A stretch of DNA of 64,000 nt from Eledone cirrhosa (Eukaryota): positions 27,590,001-27,654,000 of the forward strand of contig OZ024752.1 of assembly GCA_964016885.1 (NCBI GenBank). Direction: 5' to 3'. Every line of letters starts with the position of its first letter. The first letter of the stretch is position 1. The notes under the pieces are model-generated. The model had not been told where the DNA came from and ran no database searches. It saw only the letters and a program-made list of their open reading frames with translations. Shown piece by piece: positions 48,601-61,400 of this stretch. Position numbers and translations under genes: made by a program.

Positions 48601-50289
48601 CACACAAACTGTGGAACTAGTACCAACTACGGCTATCAACACACAAACTGTGGAACTAGTACCAACTTCGGCTATCAACACACAAACTGTGGAACTAGTA
48701 ACACCTTCGGCTATCAACACACAATCTGTGGAAGTAGTGCAAACTTCGGCTATCAACACACAAACTGTGGAACTGGTACCAATACGGCTATCAACACACA
48801 AACTGTGGAACTAGTACCAACTTCGGCTATCAACACACAATCTGTGGAAGTAGTGCAAACTTCGGCTATCAACACACAAACTGTGGAACTAGTACCAACT
48901 ACGGCTATCAACACACAAACTGTGGAACTAGTACCAACTACGGCTATCAAAACACAATCTGTGGAACTAGTTCCAACTTCGGCTATCAACACTCAAACTG
49001 TGGAACTAGTACCAACTACGGCTATCAACACACAAACTGTGTAACTAGTACCAACTTCGGCTATCAACACACAAACTGTGGAACTAGTACCAACTACGGC
49101 TATCAACACACAAACTGTGGAACTAGTTCCAACTTCGGCTATCAACACACAAACTGTGGAACTAGTACCAACTTCGGCTATCAACACACAAACTGTGGAA
49201 CTAGTACCAACTTCGGCTATCAACACACAAACTGTGCAACTAGTATCAACTTCGGCTATCAACACACAAACTGTGGAACTAGTACAAACTTCGTCTATCA
49301 ACACACAAACTGTGGAACTAGTACCAACTACGGCTATCAACACACAAACTGTGGAACTAGTACCAACTTCGGCTATCAACACACAATCTGTGGAACTAGT
49401 ACCAACTTCGGCTATCAACACACAAACTGTGGAACTAGTACCAACTGCGGCTATCAACACACAATCTGTGGAACTAATACCAACTTCGGCTATCAACACA
49501 CAAACTGTGGAACTAGTACCAACTGCGGCTATCAACACACAATCTGTGGAACTAATACCAACTTCGGCTATCAACACACAAACTGTGGAACTAGTACCAA
49601 CTTCGGCTATCAACACACAAACTGTGGAACTAGTACCAACTTCGGCTATCAACACACAAACTGTGGAACTAGTACCAACTTCGGCTATCAACACACAAAC
49701 TGTGGAACTAGTACCAACTGCGGCTATCAACACACAATCTGTGGAACTAATACCAACTTCGGCTATCAACACACAAACTGTGGAACTAGTACCAACTGCG
49801 GCTATCAACACACAATCTGTGGAACTAATACCAACTTCGGCTATCAACACACAAACTGTGGAACTAGTACCAACTTCGGCTATCAACACACAAACTGTGG
49901 AACTAGTACCAACGTCGGCTATCAACACACAAACTGTGGAACTAGTACCAACTGCGGCTATCAACACACAATCTGTGGAACTAATACCAACTTCGGCTAT
50001 CAACACACAAACTGTGGAACTAGTACCAACTGCGGCTATCAACACACAATCTGTGGAACTAATACCAACTTCGGCTATCAACACACAAACTGTGGAACTA
50101 GTACCAACTTCGGCTATCAACACACAAACTGTGGAACTAGTACCAACTTCGGCTATCAACACACAAACTGTGGAACTAGTACCAACTGCGGCTATCAACA
50201 CACAATCTGTGGAACTAATACCAACTTCGGCTATCAACACACAAACTGTGGAACTAGTACCAACTTCGGCTATCAACACACAAACTGTG

Positions 50290-51640
50290 GAACTAGTACC
50301 AACTTCGGCTATCAACACACAAACTGTGGAACTAGTACCAACTGCGGCTATCAACACACAATCTGTGGAACTAATACCAACTTCGGCTATCAACACACAA
50401 ACTGTGGAACTAGTACCAACTGCGGCTATCAATACACAAACTGTGGAACTAATACCAACTTCGGCTATCAACACACAAACTGTGGAACTAGTACCAACTT
50501 CGGCTATCAACACACAAACTGTGGAACTAGTACCAACTGCGGCTATCAACACACAATCTGTGGAACTAATACCAACTTCGGTTATCAACACACAAACTGT
50601 GGAACTAGTACCAACTTCGGCTATCAACACACAAACTGTGGAACTAGTACCAACTTCGGCTATCAACACACAAACTGTGGAACTAGTACCAACTGCGGCT
50701 ATCAACACACAATCTGTGGAACTAATACCAACTTCGGCTATCAACACACAAACTGTGGAACTAGTACCAACTGCGGCTATCAATACACAAACTGTGGAAC
50801 TAATACCAACTTCGGCTATCAACACACAAACTGTGGAACTAGTACCAACTTCGGCTATCAACACACAAACTGTGGAACTAGTACCAACTGCGGCTATCAA
50901 CACACAATCTGTGGAACTAATACCAACTTCGGCTATCAACACACAAACTGTGGAACTAGTACCAACTTCGGCTATCAACACACAAACTGTGGAACTAGTA
51001 CCAACTTCGGCTATCAACACACAAACTGTGGAACTAGTACCAACTGCGGCTATCAACACACAATCTGTGGAACTAATACCAACTTCGGCTATCAACACAC
51101 AAACTGTGGAACTAGTACCAACTGCGGCTATCAATACACAAACTGTGGAACTAATACCAACTTCGGCTATCAACACACAAACTGTGGAACTAGTACCAAC
51201 TTCGGCTATCAACACACAAACTGTGGAACTAGTACCAACTGCGGCTATCAACACACAATCTGTGGAACTAATACCAACTTCGGCTATCAACACACAAACT
51301 GTGGAACTAGTACCAACTTCGGCTATCAACACACAAACTGTGGAACTAGTACCAACTTCGGCTATCAACACACAAACTGTGGAACTAGTACCAACTGCGG
51401 CTATCAACACACAATCTGTGGAACTAATACCAACTTCGGCTATCAACACACAAACTGTGGAACTAGTACCAACTGCGGCTATCAATACACAAACTGTGGA
51501 ACTAATACCAACTTCGGCTATCAACACACAAACTGTGGAACTAGTACCAACTGCGGCTATCAACACACAATCTGTGGAACTAATACCAACTTCGGCTATC
51601 AACACACAAACTGTGGAACTAGTACCAACTGCGGCTATCA
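50290..51640. repeat. 351-bp (9-monomer) higher-order repeat, second locus
   Basis: CAATAC at 50430, 50781, 51132 and 51483; shares the rare GGTTATC variant (44539 vs 50580, offset 6041). Confidence 0.88.
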
Positions 51641-54600
51641 ACACACAAACTGTGGAACTAATACCAACTTCGGCTATCAACACACAAACTGTGGAACTAG
51701 TACCAACTGCGGCTATCAACACACAATCTGTGGAACTAATACCAACTGCGGCTATCAACACACAATCTGTGGAACTAATACCAACTTCGGCTATCAACAC
51801 ACAATCTGTGGAACTAGTACCAACTGCGGCTATCAACACACAATCTGTGGAACTAATACCAACTACGGCTATCAATACACAATCTGTGGAACTAATACCA
51901 ACTGCGGCTATCAACACACAATCTGTGGAACTAATACCAACTTCGGCTATCAACACACAAACTGTGGAACTAGTACCAACTTCGTCTATCAACACACAAA
52001 CTGTGGAACTAGTACCAACTACGGCTATCAACACACCAACTGTGGAACTAGTACCAACTTCGTATATCAACACACAATCTGTGGAACTAGTACCAACTAC
52101 GGCTATCAACACACCAACTGTGGAACTAGTACCAACCTCGGCTATCAACACACAATCTGTGGAACTAGTACCAACTTCGTCTATCAACACACAAACTGTT
52201 GAACTAGTACCAACTTCGTCTATCAACACACAAACTGTTGAACTAGTACCAACTTCGGCTATCAACACACAATCTGTGGAACTAGTACCAAATTCGTCTA
52301 TGAACACACAATCTGTGGAACTAGTACCAGCTTCGTCTATCAACACACAATCTGTGGAACTAGTACCAACTTCGGCTATCAACACACCAACAGTGGAACT
52401 AGTATCAACTTCGGCTATCAACACACAAACTGTGGAACTAGTACCAACTTCGGCTATCAACACACAAACTGTGGCACTAGTAGCAACTTCGGCTATCAAC
52501 ACACAAACTGTGGATCTAGTAGCAACTTCGGCTATCAACACACAAACTGTGGAACTAGTACCAACTTCGGCTATCAACACACAAACTGTGGAACTAGTAC
52601 CAACTTCGGCTATCAACACACAATCTGTGGAACTAGTACAAATTTCGGCTATCAACACACAAACTGTGGAACTAGTACCAACTTCGGCTATCAACACACA
52701 ATCTGTGGAACTAGTACCAACTTCGGCTATCAACACACAAACTGTGGAACTAGTACCAACTACGGCTATCAACACACAATCTGTGGAACTAGTTCCAACT
52801 TCGGCTATCAACACGCAAACTGTGGAACTAGTACAAACTTCGGCTATCAACACACAAACTGTGGAACTAGTACCAACTACGGCTATCAACACACAAACTG
52901 TGGAACTAGTACCAACTTCGGCTATCAACACACAAACTGTGGAACTAGTACCAACTTCGGCTATCAACACACAAACTGTGGAACTATACCAACTTCGGCT
53001 ATCAACACACAAACTGTGAAACTAGTACCAACTTCGGCTATCAACACACAAACTGTGGAACTAGTACCAACTACGGCTATCAACACACAAACTGTGGAAC
53101 TAGTACCAACTTCGGCTATCAACACACAAACTGTGGAACTAGTACCAACTTCGGCTATCAACACACAAACTGTGGAACTAGTACCAACTGCGGCTATCAA
53201 CACACAATCTGTGGAACTAATACCAACTTCGGCTATCAACACACAAACTGTGGAACTAGTACCAACTTCGGCTATCAACACACAAACTGTGGAACTAGTA
53301 CCAACTTCGGCTATCAACACACAAACTATGGAACTAGTACCAACTGCGGCTATCAACACACAATCTGTGGAACTAATACCAACTTCGGCTATCAACACAC
53401 AAACTGTGGAACTAGTACCAACTTGGGCTATCAACACACAAACTGTGGAACTAGTACCAACTTCGGCTATCAACACACAAACTGTGGAACTAGTACCAAC
53501 TGCGGCTATCAACACACAATCTGTGGAACTAATACCAACTTCGGCTATCAACTCACAAACTGTGGAACTAGTACCAACTGCGGCTATCAACACACAAACT
53601 GTGGAACTAGTACCAACTTCGGCTATCAACACACAAACTGTGGAACTAGTACCAACTGCGGCTATCAACACACAAACTGTGGAACTAATACCAACTTCGG
53701 CTATCAACACACAAACTGTGGAACTAGTACCAACTGCGGCTATCAACACACAATCTGTGGAACTAATACCAACTTCGGCTATCAACACACAATCTGTGGA
53801 ACTAGTACCAACTGCGGCTATCAACACACAATCTGTGGAACTAATACCAACTACGGCTATCAATACACAATCTGTGGAACTAATACCAACTGCGGCTATC
53901 AACACACAATCTGTGGAACTAATACCAACTTCGGCTATCAACACACAAACTGTGGAACTAGTACCAACTTCGGCTATCAACACACAAACTGTGGAACTAG
54001 TACCAACTTCGGCTATCAACACACTCTGTGGAACTAGTACAAACTTCGGCTATCAACACACAAACTGTGGAACTAGTACCAACGTCGGCTATCAACACAC
54101 AATCTGTGGAACTAGTACCAACTTCGGCTATCAACACACAAACTGTGGAACTAGTACCAACTACGGCTATCAACACACAAACTGTGGAACTAGTTTCAAG
54201 TTCGGCTATCAACACACAAACTGTGGATCTAGTAGCAACTTCGGCTATCAACACACAAACTGTGGAACTAGTACCAACTTCGGCTATCAACACACAAACT
54301 GTGGAACTAGTACCAACTTCGGCTATCAACACACAATCTGTGGAACTAGTACAAATTTCGGCTATCAACACACAAACTGTGGAACTAGTACAAACTTCGG
54401 CTATCAACACACAATCTGTGGAACTAGTACCAACTTCGGCTATCAACACACAAACTGTGGAACTAGTACCAACTACGGCTATCAACACACAAACTGTGGA
54501 ACTAGTTCCAACTTCGGCTATCAACACGCAAACTGTGGAACTAGTAGCAACTTCGGCTATCAACACTCAAACTGTGGAACTAGTACAAACTTCGGCTATC

Positions 54601-57600
54601 AACACACAAACTGTGGAACTAGTACCAACTACGGCTATCAACACACAAACTGTGGAACTAGTACCAACTTCGGCTATCAACACACAAACTGTGGAACTAG
54701 TAACACCTTCGGCTATCAACACACAATCTGTGGAACTAGTACAAACTTCGGCTATCAACACACAAACTGTGGAACTGGTACCAATACGGCTATCAACACA
54801 CAAACTGTGGAACTAGTACCAACTTCGGCTATCAACACACAATCTGTGGAAGTAGTGCAAACTTCGGCTATCAACACACAAACTGTGGAACTAGTACCAA
54901 CTACGGCTATCAACACACAAACTGTGGAACTAGTACCAACTACGGCTATCAAAACACAATCTGTGGAACTAGTTCCAACTTCGGCTATCAACACTCAAAC
55001 TGTGGAACTAGTACCAACTACGGCTATCAACACACAAACTGTGGAACTAGTACCAACTACGGCTATCAACACACAAACTGTGTAACTAGTACCAACTTCG
55101 GCTATCAACACACAAACTGTGGAACTAGTACCAACCTCGGCTATCAACACACAATCTGTGGAACTAGTACCAACTTCGTCTATCAACACACAAACTGTTG
55201 AACTAGTACCAACTTCGTCTATCAACACACAAACTGTTGAACTAGTACCAACTTCGGCTATCAACACACAATCTGTGGAACTAGTACCAAATTCGTCTAT
55301 GAACACACAATCTGTGGAACTAGTACCAGCTTCGTCTATCAACACACAATCTGTGGAACTAGTACCAACTTCGGCTATCAACACACCAACAGTGGAACTA
55401 GTATCAACTTCGGCTATCAACACACAAACTGTGGAACTAGTACCAACTTCGGCTATCAACACACAAACTGTGGCACTAGTAGCAACTTCGGCTATCAACA
55501 CACAAACTGTGGATCTAGTAGCAACTTCGGCTATCAACACACAAACTGTGGAACTAGTACCAACTTCGGCTATCAACACACAAACTGTGGAACTAGTACC
55601 AACTTCGGCTATCAACACACAATCTGTGGAACTAGTACAAATTTCGGCTATCAACACACAAACTGTGGAACTAGTACCAACTTCGGCTATCAACACACAA
55701 TCTGTGGAACTAGTACCAACTTCGGCTATCAACACACAAACTGTGGAACTAGTACCAACTACGGCTATCAACACACAATCTGTGGAACTAGTTCCAACTT
55801 CGGCTATCAACACGCAAACTGTGGAACTAGTACAAACTTCGGCTATCAACACACAAACTGTGGAACTAGTACCAACTACGGCTATCAACACACAAACTGT
55901 GGAACTAGTACCAACTTCGGCTATCAACACACAAACTGTGGAACTAGTACCAACTTCGGCTATCAACACACAAACTGTGGAACTATACCAACTTCGGCTA
56001 TCAACACACAAACTGTGGAACTAGTACCAACTTCGGCTATCAACACACAAACTGTGGAACTAGTACCAACTACGGCTATCAACACACAAACTGTGGAACT
56101 AGTACCAACTTCGGCTATCAACACACAAACTGTGGAACTAGTACCAACTTCGGCTATCAACACACAAACTGTGGAACTAGTACCAACTGCGGCTATCAAC
56201 ACACAATCTGTGGAACTAATACCAACTTCGGCTATCAACACACAAACTGTGGAACTAGTACCAACTTCGGCTATCAACACACAAACTGTGGAACTAGTAC
56301 CAACTTCGGCTATCAACACACAAACTATGGAACTAGTACCAACTGCGGCTATCAACACACAATCTGTGGAACTAATACCAACTTCGGCTATCAACACACA
56401 AACTGTGGAACTAGTACCAACTTGGGCTATCAACACACAAACTGTGGAACTAGTACCAACTTCGGCTATCAACACACAAACTGTGGAACTAGTACCAACT
56501 GCGGCTATCAACACACAATCTGTGGAACTAATACCAACTTCGGCTATCAACTCACAAACTGTGGAACTAGTACCAACTGCGGCTATCAACACACAAACTG
56601 TGGAACTAGTACCAACTTCGGCTATCAACACACAAACTGTGGAACTAGTACCAACTGCGGCTATCAACACACAAACTGTGGAACTAATACCAACTTCGGC
56701 TATCAACACACAAACTGTGGAACTAGTACCAACTGCGGCTATCAACACACAATCTGTGGAACTAATACCAACTTCGGCTATCAACACACAATCTGTGGAA
56801 CTAGTACCAACTGCGGCTATCAACACACAATCTGTGGAACTAATACCAACTACGGCTATCAATACACAATCTGTGGAACTAATACCAACTGCGGCTATCA
56901 ACACACAATCTGTGGAACTAATACCAACTTCGGCTATCAACACACAAACTGTGGAACTAGTACCAACTTCGGCTATCAACACACAAACTGTGGAACTAGT
57001 ACCAACTTCGGCTATCAACACACTCTGTGGAACTAGTACAAACTTCGGCTATCAACACACAAACTGTGGAACTAGTACCAACGTCGGCTATCAACACACA
57101 ATCTGTGGAACTAGTACCAACTTCGGCTATCAACACACAAACTGTGGAACTAGTACCAACTACGGCTATCAACACACAAACTGTGGAACTAGTTTCAAGT
57201 TCGGCTATCAACACACAAACTGTGGATCTAGTAGCAACTTCGGCTATCAACACACAAACTGTGGAACTAGTACCAACTTCGGCTATCAACACACAAACTG
57301 TGGAACTAGTACCAACTTCGGCTATCAACACACAATCTGTGGAACTAGTACAAATTTCGGCTATCAACACACAAACTGTGGAACTAGTACAAACTTCGGC
57401 TATCAACACACAATCTGTGGAACTAGTACCAACTTCGGCTATCAACACACAAACTGTGGAACTAGTACCAACTACGGCTATCAACACACAAACTGTGGAA
57501 CTAGTTCCAACTTCGGCTATCAACACGCAAACTGTGGAACTAGTAGCAACTTCGGCTATCAACACTCAAACTGTGGAACTAGTACAAACTTCGGCTATCA

Positions 57601-58449
57601 ACACACAAACTGTGGAACTAGTACCAACTACGGCTATCAACACACAAACTGTGGAACTAGTACCAACTTCGGCTATCAACACACAAACTGTGGAACTAGT
57701 AACACCTTCGGCTATCAACACACAATCTGTGGAACTAGTACAAACTTCGGCTATCAACACACAAACTGTGGAACTGGTACCAATACGGCTATCAACACAC
57801 AAACTGTGGAACTAGTACCAACTTCGGCTATCAACACACAATCTGTGGAAGTAGTGCAAACTTCGGCTATCAACACACAAACTGTGGAACTAGTACCAAC
57901 TACGGCTATCAACACACAAACTGTGGAACTAGTACCAACTACGGCTATCAAAACACAATCTGTGGAACTAGTTCCAACTTCGGCTATCAACACTCAAACT
58001 GTGGAACTAGTACCAACTACGGCTATCAACACACAAACTGTGTAACTAGTACCAACTTCGGCTATCAACACACAAACTGTGGAACTAGTACCAACTACGG
58101 CTATCAACACACAAACTGTGGAACTAGTTCCAACTTCGGCTATCAACACACAAACTGTGGAACTAGTACCAACTTCGGCTATCAACACACAAACTGTGGA
58201 ACTAGTACCAACTTCGGCTATCAACACACAAACTGTGCAACTAGTATCAACTTCGGCTATCAACACACAAACTGTGGAACTAGTACAAACTTCGTCTATC
58301 AACACACAAACTGTGGAACTAGTACCAACTACGGCTATCAACACACAAACTGTGGAACTAGTACCAACTTCGGCTATCAACACACAATCTGTGGAACTAG
58401 TACCAACTTCGGCTATCAACACACAAACTGTGGAACTAGTACCAACTTC

Positions 58450-61400
58450 GGCTATCAACACACAATCTGTGGAACTAGTACAAACTTCGGCTATCAACAC
58501 ACAAACTGTGAAACTAGTACCAACTTCGGCTATCAACACACAAACTGTGGAACTAGTACCAACTTCGTCTATCAACACACCAACTGTCGAACTAGTACCA
58601 ACTACGGCTATCAACACACCAACTGTGGAACTAGTACCAACTACGGCTATCAACACACCAACTGTGGAACTAGTACCAACTTCGTCAATCAACACACAAA
58701 TTGTGGAACTAGTACCAACTTCGTCTATCAACACACAAACTGTGGAACTAGTACCAACTTCGTCTATCAACACACAAACTGTGGAACTAGTACCAACTTC
58801 GTCTATCAACACACCAACTGTGGAACTAGTACCAACTACGGCTATCAACACACCAACTGTGGAACTAGTACCTACTACGGCTATCAACACACAAACTGTG
58901 GAACTAGTACCAACTTCGGCTATCAACACACCAAATGTGGAACTAGTACCAACTTCGTCTATCAACACACAAACTGTGAAACTAGTACCAACTTCGTCTA
59001 TCAACACACAAACTGTGGAACTAGTGCCAACTACGGCTATCAACACACCAACTGTGGAACTAGTACCAACTTCGTATATCAACACACAATCTGTGGAACT
59101 AGTACCAACTACGGCTATCAACACACCAACTGTGGAACTAGTACCAACCTCGTCTATCAACACACAATCTGTGGAACTAGTACCAACTTCGTCTATCAAC
59201 ACACAAACTGTTGAACTAGTACCAACTTCGTCTATCAACACACAAACTGTTGAAATAGTACCAACTTCGGCTATCAACACACAATCTGTGGAACTAGTAC
59301 CAAATTCGTCTATGAACACACAATCTGTGGAACTAGTACCAGCTTCGTCTATCAACACACAATCTGTGGAACTAGTACCAACTTCGGCTATCAACACACA
59401 ATCTGTGGAACTAGTACAGACTTCGGCTATCAACACACAAACTGTGGAACTAGTACCAACTTCGGCTATCAACACACAAACTGTAGAACTAGTAGCAACT
59501 TCGGCTATCAACACACAATCTGTGGAGCTAGTACCAACTTCGGCTATCAACACACCAACTGTCGAACTAGTACCAACTACGGCTATCAACACACCAACTG
59601 TGGAACTAGTACCAACTACGGCTATCAACACACCAACTGTGGAACTAGTACCAACTTCGTCAATCAACACACAAACTGTGGAACTAGTACCAACTTCGTC
59701 TATCAACACACAAACTGTGGAACTAGTACCAACTTCGTCTATCAACACACAAACTGTGGAACTAGTACCAACTTCGTCTATCAACACACCAACTGTGGAA
59801 CTAGTACCAACTACGGCTATCAACACACCAATTGTGGAACTAGTACCTACTACGGCTATCAACACACCAACTGTGGAACTAGTACCAACTTCGGCTATCA
59901 ACACACCAAATGTGGAACTAGTACCAACTTCGTCTATCAACACACAAACTGTGAAACTAGTACCAACTTCGTCTATCAACACACAAACTGTGGAACTAGT
60001 ACCAACTACGGCTATCAACACACCAACTGTGGAACTAGTACCAACTTCGTATATCAACACACAATCTGTGGAACTAGTACCAACTACGGCTATCAACACA
60101 CCAACTGTGGAACTAGTACCAACCTCGGCTATCAACACACAAACTGTGGAACTAGTACCAACTACGGCTATCAACACACCAACTGTGGAACTAGTACCTA
60201 CTACGGCTATCAACACACAAACTGTGAAACTAGTACCAACTTCGTCTATCAACACACAAACTGTGGAACTAGTGCCGACTACGGCTATCAACACACCAAC
60301 TGTGGAACTAGTACCAACTTCGTATATCAACACACAATCTGTGGAACTAGTACCAACTACGGCTATCAACACACCAACTGTGGAACTAGTACCAACCTCG
60401 TCTATCAACACACAATCTGTGGAACTAGTACCAACTTCGTCTATCAACACACAAACTGTTGAACTAGTACCAACTTCGTCTATCAACACACAAACTGTTG
60501 AACTAGTACCAACTTCGGCTATCAACACACAATCTGTGGAACTAGTACCAAATTCGTCTATGAACACACAATCTGTGGAACTAGTACCAGCTTCGTCTAT
60601 CAACACACAATCTGTGGAACTATTACCAACTTCGGCTATCAACACACAATCTGTGGAACTAGTACAGACTTCGGCTATCAACACACAAACTGTGGAACTA
60701 GTACCAACTTCGGCTATCAACACACAAACTGTAGAACTAGTAGCAACTTCGGCTATCAACACACAATCTGTGGAGCTAGTACCAACTTCGGCTATCAACA
60801 CACCAACTGTCGAACTAGTACCAACTACGGCTATCAACACACCAACTGTGGAACTAGTACCAACTACGGCTATCAACACACCAACTGTGGAACTAGTACC
60901 AACTTCGTCAATCAACACACAAACTGTGGAACTAGTACCAACTTCGTCTATCAACACACAAACTGTGGAACTAGTACCAACTTCGTCTATCAACACACCA
61001 ACTGTGGAACTAGTACCAACTACGGGTATCAACACACCAACTGTGGAACTAGTACCTACTACGGCTATCAACACACCAACTGTGGAACTAGTACCAACTT
61101 CGGCTATCAACACACCAAATGTGGAACTAGTACCAACTTCGTCTATCAACACACAAACTGTGAAACTAGTACCAACTTCGTCTATCAACACACAAACTGT
61201 GGAACTAGTACCAACTACGGCTATCAACACACCAACTGTGGAACTAGTACCAACTTCGTATATCAACACACAATCTGTGGAACTAGTACCAACTACGGCT
61301 ATCAACACACCAACTGTGGAACTAGTACCAACCTCGGCTATCAACACACAATCTGTGGAACTAGTACCAACTTCGGCTATCAACACACAAACTGTGGAAC

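Larger units (their letters stand above)
30100..58450. repeat. Central/right array domain (variant subfamily R)
   Basis: Dominated by the linked variant ACTGCGGCTATCAACACACAATCTGTGGAACTAATACC. Characteristic markers: GGAACTATACC (-1), CACACTCTGTGG (-2), TCTATGAAC (also at 59.3 and 60.6 kb), GGATCTAG, GTGGCACTAG, ACTTGGGCT, CAATACAC. The boundaries are approximate. Confidence 0.85.
44000..58450. repeat. About 6.0-kb and 3.0-kb tandem duplications
   Basis: ORF starts 47014/53016/56015 and 48026/54028/57027; GGTACC-CAATACGG marker at 48775/54777/57776. Offsets are 6002 (154 x 39 - 4) and 2999 (77 x 39 - 4). Confidence 0.88.
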
